DNA of 64,000 nucleotides from Octopus sinensis (lineage: Eukaryota): the NCBI RefSeq assembly GCF_006345805.1, contig NC_043011.1, forward strand, positions 24,316,464 to 24,380,463. The letters run 5' to 3'. The notes beneath the pieces were generated by a model that worked only from the letters and a program-made list of their open reading frames with translations, did no database searches and was not told the DNA's origin. Position 1 is the stretch's first letter. The number at the start of each line of letters is the position of its first letter. This document shows positions 38,656-51,216 of this stretch, piece after piece. A program made the translations under genes and the position numbers.

Positions 38656-39349
38656 GATTTATGTATTCATGTGTATATAGGAGTGTGTGTGTGTGTGTGT
38701 GTGCATTTGAGCTTGCAAGTTGCTGTTGCAGATGCTTTATTGCAACTCCTCCAATCAGCAAATAATAATCATCACTACCATTATCATATCACCACTACCA
38801 CCACTACCACCACCACAACCACCATCTTTACCACCACCACCACTACCACAACCACTTTTGAAATTATGTAAATGAAATTCTCATGAACTGTTGTTGTACG
38901 TAGTTGCATTTCCAAAATAATATGAAGTTTTCATCCTGTTGGTATTAGTAATCAATAATTAGGTAGTTATTGTATTAAATATATTCTTGTTTTATTATTT
39001 ATTCAATAGTAACTTTGATGAGCAGCATTTGCTGAATTATTGCAGCAGGTGGTGAGTATATACAAACAATCAACATCGAGATACATATTGTTCACATAAC
39101 TAATGTGAACAAAAATATTATATTGTCTTCTTATATGCCCATAAAGTTTGATTTGATTTGATTTATATATGTATTTACTTATTTATTTTATTTATTGGTA
39201 TTTCTGTGTGATTAAGAAGTTCACTTCGCCAAATCATGTGGTTTTGGGTTCAGTTCCACTGCACAGCACCTTGGGCAAGTGTCTTCTTGGTGGACCAAAT
39301 GCCTTGGGAATGAATTTGATTGATAGAAACTGTTGTTTGATTGATAGAA

Positions 39350-39595
39350 ACAAGGCAGGGAGCTGGTAGAAACGTTAGCACGGCGGCCAAAATGCCTAGC
39401 GGTATTTCATCTGCCACTACATTTTGAGTTCAAATTCCACTGAGGTCAAGTTTGCCTTTCATCCTTTTGAGGTCGATTATATAAGTACCAGTTACACACT
39501 GGGATCGATATAATCGACTTAATCCATTTGTCTGTCCTTGTTTGTCTCCTCTGTGTGTAGCCCCTTGTGGGCAGTAAAGAAATAAGAAGCTGTTG
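39350..39595 (+). mobile_element. SINE family C
   Basis: gagctggtagaaacgttagcacg...gaggtcaagtttgcctttcatcc...gggcagtaaagaaataag. Confidence 0.85.
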
Positions 39596-39605
39596 TGTAG
39601 AAGCT

Positions 39606-39650
<45 letters not shown>

Positions 39651-39769
39651 ATATTATATATATATATATATATACACATATACATACATACATATATATA
39701 CATACATATGTGACCCCTCTGTCCGGCATTTGCCATGATAGATCGCTAGCTACTAAACATTCTTTATTT

Positions 39770-39925
39770 TCTCTCCTTGTTTCTTTCTCCTTGTATTCCT
39801 TTCTGTGGAAGAGCATAGACTCAAGACATTAGACATTTTTCACTTCCCAAGTGTTAATCTAATACATCTGTTTGTTATCTACATCACCTGTCTTCATCTT
39901 TTGTTTTTTTGTGAATTCTCCCCTA
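39770..39925 (+). mobile_element. family F2 copy, hammerhead decayed
   Basis: CTTT-CTGTGGA-A-GAGC-ATAG-ACTC-AAGA-CAT-T-AGAC; collinear with the reverse of 24905-25055. Confidence 0.7.
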
Positions 39926-40042
39926 TATATATATATATATATATACAATAATATATAAGATATATATATAAAATATATAATATATATATGAAGTGTATAT
40001 GATATACATAATATATAAAAACATATGTTTATATACATATAC

Positions 40043-40094
<52 letters not shown>

Positions 40095-40142
40095 TATATA
40101 TGTATATATATGTATATATATGTGTGTGTGTGTATAAATATG

Positions 40143-40174
<32 letters not shown>

Positions 40175-40282
40175 CATGTATATATATATATATATAGATA
40201 GATATACACATATATAATACATATAGAATATATATTTAAGCATATTTCTCTCCCTTTCTCCCTCCCCCCTCTCTCTCTCTCT

Positions 40283-40323
<41 letters not shown>

Positions 40324-41284
40324 AACTCACATATCTTTGAAAAATAATTCTGCAAACATTTCTTGATAGTCATAATATCTGAATAAAAATTTCTTAAATT
40401 AAATATTGAAAATTATATGAAAAAGTTTTTTTAAAACAGAATAGCTCACTCCTTTTGGATGGAAGTTTTTGTTTCACTTTAAGTGCTTTCACTTTTTACA
40501 GCTTTTCAAACTCCCTTACTTAAAATTTTTTTTTAGATGATTAATAATTGTAATTCAAGAAAATATTTCTTAAAATATATACATATGTATGTATGTAAGT
40601 ATGTGTAGTGAGTATATGTGTCTTTCTCTTTGCATTTTTCTTCTCACTACTTGACAGCTGGCTTTGGTTTCTTTATGTCTCTGTAACAGTAAAAGAGACT
40701 GATGGAATAAGTACCAGACTTAAAATAAGTAGTGGACTCAATTTGTTTGACAAACTCTACAAGGCTGTGCTCCAGTGTGGCCTGGGTCCTATGACTGAAG
40801 CAAATAAAAGAGATAAGGGAGCTTTTGGAGAAGGTGGAATGGTAAGCTGTAAGGTTTATACATTTCTCCAGAGAATTAGTAACATAAGCAGAGTGAAATA
40901 TCTTTAGGTAGGAATCAAAACTGAATTACTCATTTAGCTCAACTTTGGTTAGCATTTATTTAATTATTCGTTTTGCCTTCTGAGGAGGAATTGACACAGT
41001 CATTGTCAGCAGCAGCAGCATTAGTGTCGTTGTCATCATCATCATCATCATTTTTGGTGTCCATTGTTGATGTCAGTGCCATCCTCAACGTCATGATAAC
41101 ATTCACTCTTTGGTGTTTTTCAGACATATTTTCATAGGCTATTGGAAATGAATGATATTCATTTAGAACAATTAGGTGATGTCAAGAGAATGGGACACAA
41201 ACATGCACACACATATATACATTATGTATGTATATATGTATATATATAATACCTATTATATACATACATACATACATATATATA

Positions 41285-41331
<47 letters not shown>

Positions 41332-41346
41332 ATACTCACAGACTAA

Positions 41347-41377
<31 letters not shown>

Positions 41378-41401
41378 ATACACACACAAAATGTGACCGC
41401 G

Positions 41402-41600
41402 TGTGTACCTTTGGCGATTTTTTTTCCTCCATCTTCCCTTCTCTGGATCTTTCCTTTTCCTATGTTTCTGACGAAGAGCTCCGCTCGAAACGTTAAACCC
41501 TCCTTCTTCCCTTCCTTCCTGAGCATCCAATAATACTATATTTGTTCCACGTCCTCGCGTTGTTGTGTTTTCTCTTTGTGTTTTCATGTTTGGATTAACT
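41402..41600 (+). mobile_element. about 200-bp non-coding element family F1 carrying an intact minimal hammerhead
   Basis: Collinear with 44165-44358. Confidence 0.85.
41464..41498 (+). ncRNA. minimal type I hammerhead, core intact
   Basis: GTTT-CTGACGA-A-GAGC-TCC-GCTC-GAAA-CG-TT-AAAC; predicted cleavage at 41494/41495. Confidence 0.8.
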
Positions 41601-41703
41601 ATATATATATATATATTTATATAAATTCCAGTTACTTCAGGTATGTCACAACAGGTGTTTTTCTCAGACTTTCTTACCTTATCTCTGAACTTTTTCTCTT
41701 TCT

Positions 41704-41740
41704 TTTTTCTGATGAAGAGCCATGCTCAAAACATCACACC
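41704..41740 (+). ncRNA. decayed minimal hammerhead (family F3)
   Basis: CTGATGA-A-GAGC-CAT-GCTC-AAAA-CAT-C; G12 and G16.2 changed at CpG sites. Confidence 0.5.
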
Positions 41741-42264
41741 TCTTCTTTTTTCCTATCTTAAACTTTCTCTGAGTGTCAGCCTAATATATTCACTGTGTGT
41801 GTCCTTTTCACTTTTGTTGTTTTTTCTGTTTCTGATTTTAATTTTGATTTTATATATATGTGAAAGCTACATTTTATTTTCTGTGTTGAGATTCAAAACC
41901 AAATCTAAGGATTCCCGCTCACATGATCCACCGCTATTCATTGACCAGGCATGAAAAATCTCTTTGTCCTGTCAGAAGTGATGGATGAGTTTTCAGTCAA
42001 CCTCTGACCTACACTGTGTCAGGGAGAGTTCAGATGGACAACAAATAACCCAAATAAATATAAACTATGTTATATCCATCCTTCTAGCTAGGATGACCAT
42101 TATAAATGCAGTTTCCTTAGATGCATGCCAGTGAGCCAGATAGATAACAAGCAGACAGGCAGCATCATGATCAAGATAGAGAGCCAGATAGCAGGAGATG
42201 AGCAAACAGTGACCAGCGACACAAGTCAGTTGCAGTTGCAGACATGAAGAGACATGATAACTTT

Positions 42265-42630
42265 CTTTATTGGCCACACAGGGCTAGACACAGAGGGGAC
42301 AATTACAATGTAGAGTTTTTCTTTTCGAGGGGGGCAAAAATAAAATAAAATAACATAAAATAAAAAAGAAATTAAAAAAAGGGACGATGATCAAAAGGGA
42401 TCGAAATCGTTGGGGATATATGCAAAAAAAAAGCCAAAATGGTACAAAAAGTTCCCAAGAAATGGGGAGGTTTATCTGTGGAAAGAAAAACCTACGAGAA
42501 GACCACAGTAACCTCGGGCAATAATGTCATATATTAACATATTTATTTACAAATAAGTAACTCTCTGTTTTAAATTTTTACGGTTCATAGGATCATGCTC
42601 AAGGTGGCTTTGTCATTCATATGTGCCAAG
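42265..42630 (-). mobile_element. Tx1/L1 3' end fragment
   Basis: Collinear with 35295-35645. Confidence 0.75.
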
Positions 42631-43239
42631 AAAAACAACACAGCATGACCAAATGACAAACAGAGACACAGACACAAAATATGGCTCTGTTCTATCTTGT
42701 CCCCTCCATTTTTACTTCATCAACTCAAAGTAGTTGATAACTTTATGTAGTGGCAGATTTGTTCATATTTCACATCAAGCTTTCTGTATCCAACACGTAA
42801 CTGCAACTGTTAACCAAATAAATTATGATAACTCCATATCTATTCTTCTTCATTTGTTTTCCTTTGATGTCAGTCCAACACACCCATCTTCATCTACTAC
42901 ACCCGACATCATACATTGAATCATCAACAACATCACATTTTGCTACATGGATATAACTAATTCACTGGGTACTCATACCCCCCCCCAAAAAAAAAAACGT
43001 TCCTTTAACAGATCAGGCTACAAACCACTTAGTAAACCAAAACAAAGGGGTATAATGTATAGTCTGATGCAGCTGAGCTCCAATAAATCCAATGGGTAAT
43101 GATTATTTCATTGGGAGTGTATAAAACATAATGAAAGAGAGGAGGTATAATATGAAAAAAATTATTTCATCAATTGATATCCATACAACTATCATCATTT
43201 TGCAGCCTTTATCATATAAAATCAATTTATTTTAGCACA

Positions 43240-43410
43240 TAAGAAGTAAATGAATAAATAAATAAATAAATTATTTTACATGCCTGTATCATGTATATAA
43301 TATAAATTATATAATACAGTTGTGTAATATAAAAATTAACACAGGTGAAAAGGCTTGCTCATCAGGTCAAAGAATATCATAGTTTTCTTTATTTTTCTTT
43401 CATCAACACA

Positions 43411-43447
<37 letters not shown>

Positions 43448-44040
43448 GAGAGTCAACATTTGAAATGTTGATATATGGAAGACAATAAGTAATAAATTAA
43501 TAAAATAAATTACTATAGAAGGGAGGTGGGAGATTTAGCAAGATACTAAAAAGTGAACAGTGGATTACAGTATTGGAAGAAAAGGTTATATACAGTATGA
43601 TATAGATGGAAAAATGATATATTTATCATTAATAACTTAGAAGGTTTGCAGATATTTTGTTTATGAAATATAGGCATAAATATGAACAAGATGAAAGATA
43701 AATTGAAAATAAAAAGAAATGAAAGTAAAAAATTAGGTTGAAAGGCAAGACATGAGTAATAGTAGTTAGTATTACAAATGGAAGATATTGAAATATTTAA
43801 GTTAAATACAGAAAATAAAAAATGATATTGCTAGGCCTTAATTAAGGCAGTGTTTAGGAATATGTATTATTGAAATAATAAAAATGTACATATAAATATT
43901 TTATAAATATTGTTAGTCTACACTGAGCTAAAATTTAAACGGCCATTATATTCTGGGTGGTCAAGAAGACTATATAAACAGTAAAATATTGGTATCTTGG
44001 GGGAGGGGGGGTAAATGATCGTAATTATTAAGAAGTAAAA
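43240..44040. mobile_element. unclassified AT-rich dispersed repeat (family G)
   Basis: Reverse complement matches 50900-51216 plus 52322-52860. Confidence 0.7.
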
Positions 44041-44164
44041 CAATGGAGAAAAAGCAATAGAAAAGTATGTGTGTGTGTGTGTATATATATATATATACAG
44101 TAGTACCTAGGTTTTCGAACAACTCTGATCATGAATAAATCGTGCTTTATACACACACACACAC

Positions 44165-44358
44165 TGTGTACCGTTGGCGATTTTTTTCCTCTGTCTTCCC
44201 TTCTCTGGATCTTTCCTTCTCCTATGTTTCCGACAAAGAGCTCCGCTCGAAACGTTAAACCCTCCTTCTTTCCTTCTTTCCTGAGCGTCCAATAATACTA
44301 TATTTGCTCCGCGTCCTCGTGTTGTTGTGTTTTTTGTGTTTTCTTGTTTGGATTAACT
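44165..44358 (+). mobile_element. family F1 copy with mutated hammerhead (CCGACAA)
   Basis: GTTT-CCGACAA-A-GAGC-TCC-GCTC-GAAA-CGTT-AAAC at 44226-44260. Confidence 0.85.
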
Positions 44359-44384
44359 ATATATATATATATATAGATATATGT

Positions 44385-44437
<53 letters not shown>

Positions 44438-44438
44438 G

Positions 44439-44485
<47 letters not shown>

Positions 44486-44642
44486 GATAGATAGTTTATA
44501 TATATCTATATATAAAGCACAATTTATTTGTGATCAGAGGTGTTTGTAAACCGAGGTACTGCTGTATTAAATGAATATAAGAAGGACTGGAGATAAAGTA
44601 CAATTTATTCATGATCAGAGTTGTTTGAAACCTAGGTTCTAC

Positions 44643-44692
<50 letters not shown>

Positions 44693-44770
44693 GTATTGAG
44701 TACCTTATTTACTGTGGTTAACCCCGACTCAACCCGGGACCTACATATTATATTTATATATATATATATA

Positions 44771-46023
44771 CGAGGGGCGTTCAATAAGTAATGCCCCTGA
44801 CCCACTTGCAGTTGTTTGCATGTGCACTTATTTATACCTCTATAGATTAAGTGGCGAATTACAGCTCTGAACTAATTGTGGTTTCTGATTTACAGGTGTT
44901 TGAATTGAGTCAAGTGGGAAATGGAGCCTGTTGAGTGTCGAGCAGTGATCTGGTTTTTGTATTTGAAAGGAAGCACACCACGGGAGACTTTTGATGAAAT
45001 GAAAGTAACTTATGGTGATGATGCCCCATCATATGACCTTGTAAAACGCTGGCATTGTGAATTCAAACATAGTCGGAACTCTGTGGAAACAGCTCCCAGA
45101 TCTGGTCACCCCCTTCTGCTATTGATGAGGCATCTGTCCGTCAAGTTGAGGCTGCCATTTTGGAAGGTCAACGCATAACTATTCGCCAAATAGCCCATAA
45201 GGTCAAGATTAGTACCGGGTCTGTGGAAACTATCATTCATGACCATTTGCATATGCAAAAGGTGTCTGCCAGATGGATTTCCAGGTTGCTCACACCTTTC
45301 CAGAAGCAAGAACGCGTTGAGTGCTCGAGGATGAATTTGGAGATGTGCCAAGAAGATGAGTCAAAATTTTTCAAAAGACTGATCACACAGGATAAAACCT
45401 AGGTCCATCACTATGATCCATAGACCAAAGCCCAGTCAATGCAGTGAAAGCACCGTGACTCACCTCCTCCAAAGAAGGCAAGGGTGTAGCCCTCCGCTGA
45501 CAAGGTTATGCTCACAGTCTTCTGGGACCAGGACAGAGTAGTGATGACAGATTTCCTGGCAAAGGGTACCACAATTACAGGAGCCTATTATGCTTCACTT
45601 TTGAGGAAATTAAGAGAAGCTATCTAAATCAAGAGGCGGAGCAAGATCAGCAAAGGCATCCTCCTCCTGTAGGACAACGCTCCGGTCCACAACTCGCGTG
45701 TCGCCAGATCAGAAGCACAGGCGTGCAGCTATGAACTCCTCCCCTTGCACCCTCTGACTTTCACCTCTTCCCAGCCATGAAGTTGATTTTGAAAGGAAAG
45801 CGTTTCCCAGATGATGCAGCCTTGATTTCTGAAGTCACGTCGTGGTTGGAGGACCAAGCTGGGGTCTTCTACAAAAACGGTCTCCAGAGCTGTATCAAAC
45901 GATGGGAGAAATGCATAACTCTGGGTAGTTCCTATGTAGGAAAAGACTAATAACTGTGCCAAGTGTCGTTGCTCTACTTCTATGGGAAGTGGGTCAGGGG
46001 CATTACTTATTGAACGCCCCTCG
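44771..46023 (+). mobile_element. full-length mariner transposon, transposase pseudogene
   Basis: Perfect 37-bp TIR CGAGGGGCGTTCAATAAGTAATGCCCCTGACCCACTT within (TA)n; MEPVECRAVIWFLYLKG, VSARWISRLLT, ITQDKT; multiple stops and frameshifts and a deletion of the PYSPD motif; resembles the irritans subfamily. Confidence 0.92.
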
Positions 46024-46067
<44 letters not shown>

Positions 46068-46150
46068 TACATTTATATATATATATATTCATGCACACGC
46101 ACATATATATATTTATGTATAAACAACTACACATATAGAAACATATGCAT

Positions 46151-46388
46151 ACATTTACTAAATACACAAATATAGATATATACATATGTAAATATACAAG
46201 AATATTCCTCAGTACACAAGAATATACATCATACATTTACTAAATATACAAATATAGTTATATACATATGTAAATATACAAGAATATACATCAGTACACA
46301 AGAATATACATCCTACATTTACTAAATACACAAATATAGATATATATATACATATATAAATATACAAGAATATACATCAGTACACTTA
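46151..46388. repeat. 82-bp minisatellite, about 3 copies
   Basis: acatttactaaata at 46151, 46233 and 46315. Confidence 0.85.
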
Positions 46389-46399
46389 TGCAAGCACAA

Positions 46400-46449
<50 letters not shown>

Positions 46450-48046
46450 CAGGATACATATACACACCTACTAATATAGAGCAAAACGTGAATCCGCATA
46501 AGTCAATTAAAGGGAGTTTAAAAGTAATAAATAGTTTATATTAATTATTATTATTGAAACCATACATTGTCATATAGATTTATATGACTACATATTAGAT
46601 AATATACATACACAACCAGTACAAATATATATAAATATTTGTATGTAAATAGAAATATATATATCTATAAAGCTTGTGTGTGTGTGTGTGTGCATGCACG
46701 TATATCTGTGTGTGTGTGTGTGTATACATATATATGCATATATATACATAAATTCATACACATAAGCACACACATATAGACACAAGAAAATAAATACATA
46801 AATAAATAAACAAGCGTTCACTATAAGCATTTACATATAAGTATACCAATGATTACACAAAAATACATACAATTATGTAAACACTTCCATCAGTTTAAAT
46901 TTGCCATCTATATTAAAGATAATAATTAATATATATTACTCAAGTTGTAAATATCTAGGTATAAGTAGAAAACTATTCAAAGTTAAGAAGGTTTAGATAT
47001 AGAGAGTAGTGCTATGAATATAGGGTAGTAAATTTACTGATATGAAAAAAATATTTAGTATATTATAAATTGTAGATATAATATTCAACAAATATAAGAA
47101 TTTCATTTAAAGAAATGGGAATTTTTTGAGAAGTAGTTGAGTGTTTAAATTCAAATATAATAATTATCAAGTTAGTTAAACAGTGCTGGGTTAAGGTATG
47201 GAAGATTTTGATCAAGATATAATGATATGCTTATTAAAACATATTAAATGTATACTGAGTATTAAAACTAGGTTTACAATTTGCTAAGTATAGTTATAAT
47301 GACAGGTATAATGTTATATATGTTTATAGTGTAGAAAAGATTTGTATTTAAAACGTTGGCACCTTATAATTAATTCATCATGTTGATTAATCATAATTGA
47401 TTTAGTTTTACTAATTTCATTAATAAGGCATGCTTCTGATACACAAAATCCATGCCATCTATTACGACCATGACATTTATATGTATGCATGTGTGTGTCT
47501 GTGTGTATATGTATATTCTTTTACGTTTCAGTCATTTGTGGCCATTCTGGAGCACCGCGTTTAGTCGAGCAAATCAACCTCTGGACATATTCTTTGTAAG
47601 CTTAGCACTTATTCTATCAGTCTTTTGCCGAACAGCTAAGTTATGGGGATGTAAACACACCAGCATTGGTTGTGAAGTGATGTCAGGGGAACAAACAAAG
47701 ACACACAAACACACTCACACACACACACATACATAACAATTTAGCTAGGTGTGGAATTCTCCTAAGGGATATTAAATATCTGAAGAATTTACTGTTTATA
47801 TTGGTTTATACTGGTTCATATCAATAACAATGTAATACCAATATTTCGTCAAATATTTAAGCAGATATGTCTATCTAATGGAGCATCATTACATATTTAA
47901 ATGGATTTGATTATTCTTGAAAAACTTCGTTTTATTAATGGAATGGAAAGAGCTGTAATTTATGAGATGTGTCATTTGATTGTATAAAATATTTAAATTG
48001 AATTGAACTTATAATTGTTCAATTTATTGTTTTGTTTTCCATTTCT

Positions 48047-48112
<66 letters not shown>

Positions 48113-48287
48113 TATATACAACAGGCTTCTTTCAGTTTCCATCTACCAAATCCACTCACGAGGCTTTGGTTGGCCCAAGGCTATAGTAGAAGACACTTGC
48201 TCAAGGTGCCACACAGTGGGACTGAACCAGATATATACATATAAATACATGTATATATACACACACACATGCACACACATACATACA

Positions 48288-48323
<36 letters not shown>

Positions 48324-48399
48324 TATATTACATATACATATATATATATATATGTATATACATGTGTGTGTGTGTATATATATATTCTTTCTTTCTTTT

Positions 48400-48790
48400 C
48401 TTTTATTCTTTTACTTGTTTCAGTCATTTGACTGCGGCCATGCTGGAGCACCATCTTTAGTTGAGCAAATCGACCCCGGGACTTATTCTTTTGTAAGCCC
48501 AGTACTTATTCTATCGGTCTCTTTTTTGCCGAACCGCTAAGTGACGGGGACGTAAACACACCAGCATCGGTTATCAAGCAATGCTAGGAGGACAAACACA
48601 GACACACACACACATATATATATACATATATACGACAGGCTTCTTTCAGTTTCCGTCTACCAAATCCACTCACAAGGCATTGGTCGGCCTGGGGCTATAG
48701 CAGAAGACACTTGCCCAAGATGCCATGCAGTGGGACTGAACCCAGAACCATGTGGTTGGTTACCAAGCTACTTACCACACAGCCACTTCT
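48400..48790 (-). mobile_element. SINE family A (further fragments at 47510-47730 and 48118-48230)
   Basis: Family A blocks in reverse. Confidence 0.9.
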
Positions 48791-48834
48791 ACTATAGCCT
48801 TGGGCTAACCAAAGCCTGTCGTATATATATACAT

Positions 48835-49219
48835 ATAAAATAATGAAGGTGGCTAGACACAATATAAAACCAAAAAGGAACAATTCAATTATCACTAATA
48901 GTGACTGAGGGTGAAAAGTAGCACCTAAATTGCTAGAAACAAGAGTCAAAGACTCTTATAGCCACAAAATTACATTGTCTATGTCCTGACAGAGGAGACA
49001 ACAACCCTATGGCAAACAAAGTCATTATACTAGCAAGATAGTTTCACTTGCAATTAAAGCTCATCAGTAGTGATCACTCTATTGCTGATGGTCAAACTAA
49101 ATCCTACCTATCAGAATATAGTATTTGCCATATGAATCAATGGATGATTAAGCAAAATAGTAATATGAAAATTATAAAATATCGAAGGTGGCTAGATGCA
49201 ATATAAAACCAAAAAAGAA
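48835..49219 (-). mobile_element. retrozyme-like element: 339-nt unit plus about 46-nt terminal direct repeat
   Basis: ataaaata..gaaggtggctaga..caatataaaaccaaaaa at 48835 and 49174; central hammerhead; no ORF in the track. Confidence 0.65.
49022..49073 (-). ncRNA. type I hammerhead ribozyme, all catalytic core bases intact
   Basis: TCACTA-CTGATGA-GCTT-TAATTGC-AAGT-GAAA-CTAT-CTTG-CTAG-TA-TAATGA; GUA cleavage at 49028/49027. Confidence 0.8.
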
Positions 49220-49652
49220 AAAAAATATATATATGTGTGTGTGTGTGTACATATCTATAAACACACACACACACACACATGTATGTGTATTTGTGAATAT
49301 ATAGATATATATATATGTATGTATGATTTTGATAGTAATTATTATCATAAACTATTTATTATTTCTAAACTCTGCCTTAATTGATTTTTGTAGTTTCATG
49401 TTTTATTCTATATTAGTACGTGTGTATATGTATGCGTGTATGCATATGTGTATATTTGTGCTTGCATATGTATCTATATGTGTAGTTGTTTATATATATA
49501 TATATATATATGTATATGTATGTATGTATGTGTGTATGTATGTATGTATGTATGTATGTATGTATGTATGTAGGAATATATCAACATATATTTATACCCA
49601 TGTATATACATGTCTATACATATATATGTGTGTATGTGTATCTGTATGTATG

Positions 49653-49683
<31 letters not shown>

Positions 49684-49687
<4 letters not shown>

Positions 49688-49898
49688 ATGCAATAATATG
49701 TTACTTTACTCGGTAGTCAAGATAAAATTCTGAGTTTCAGATGCCGAAGTGGAAATCCACAACACCATCTCTTCGGTTATCTGGCTATGGAAAATAGCCA
49801 GATAACCGAAGAGATGGTGTTGTGGATTTCCACTTCGGCATCTGAAACTCAGAGTTTTTTCTTGACTACCGAGTAAAGTAACATATTATTGTATAGAT
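49684..49898. mobile_element. 215-bp palindrome, 5-nt loop, hammerhead-like motif in each arm
   Basis: 60 bp of perfect pairing next to loop GGAAA (49789-49793); about 3 mismatches over arms of about 105 bp. Confidence 0.92.
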
Positions 49899-50121
49899 AA
49901 ATTTTCTCTATTTACATAATATTGAGGTCTCTTTCTTTCTTTTGTTATCTTTCCGTTTTATCAATATATATATATGTATATATATATAAGTTATTTATAT
50001 ATGTATGTATGTATATCTAGAAATAATTAAGATTCAATTGAATGGGTACTTAAGTTGAGGCACCAAGTCAGTCCGTTATTGTCTGCACAGCTTAAAGTAA
50101 GGTGAAAAAAAAATGAATTAA

Positions 50122-50737
50122 AATAACAGGATGTCAAGTATTAATGCAATACAACAGTTTCAGGTGGTTCCATTTAATCAAGCAATGCACGCATTACATC
50201 AATTTAAATATAGTGCTATCTTCAGTTGTAAAAGGTTTATTTCTTTATGTAGTAAGGGGTACTTATAGCCATATGAAATTAAGATTTGAGGGAACATCTA
50301 ATAATATTTATTTATGACTAGCAACCTGTTCTGAACTGTCAACTCATAATGCTCTTAATTCACAAGAAATGCTGTCTACACGCATTAGATCTTTTGATGG
50401 TGATGAGGAGACAGATAAAAATTAGAAATGAATTACAATCCCATGACGTTCGCTGTGATCCATTCCTGCCACTCCAAAACTGTAGTTATTTTTTCTCTTA
50501 GATTATTTCTGCTGCTATAGTGGCAACCAGGAATTCTTTCATCCTCTAGCTCTGATAAGATATTTGAGAAAAATTATATTAATATATCTTGTCTGTTAAA
50601 AATTTATATATATATATATTTTTTTTGCAACTAAGATGGCACTGTATTTAAATTGATGTAATGCTTGCATTGTTCGATTAAATGGAGCCACCTAAAATGG
50701 TTGTATTGCATTAATACCTGACATCCTGTTACTTATT
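50122..50737. mobile_element. inverted repeat (arms 50122-50232 and 50624-50737) with hammerhead-like motifs
   Basis: Minus strand: TACAA-CTGAAGA-(57 nt)-GAAA-CTGTTG-TA-TTGCA; third partial copy at about 56585-56680. Confidence 0.65.
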
Positions 50738-50775
50738 AGATTAGATTTTATATGAATATATATATACATATATAT

Positions 50776-50825
<50 letters not shown>

Positions 50826-50830
50826 GTATG

Positions 50831-50864
<34 letters not shown>

Positions 50865-51216
50865 TGTATATATTTTTCTGTAGCTTCCTCTCCATTATTT
50901 TACTTCTGAATAGTTATGATCATTTGTCCTGCAGATAAAAATATTTCACTGTTTATATAGGCTATTTGACTACCTTAGATAATATTGACCATTTAAATTT
51001 CAACTCAGTTTAGATTCTAGCAATATCTATAAAATATTTATGTGTACATTTTTTTATAGATCTAACTGTATTATACTAATAATTACATATTTCTAAACAC
51101 TATCTTCATTAATGCATACCAATGTTATTTTTTATGTTTTATTAATATAACTTATATATTTCAATGTCTTCCATCATCAATACAAACTAATATTGCTTGT
51201 GTCCTGCCTTCCTTTA

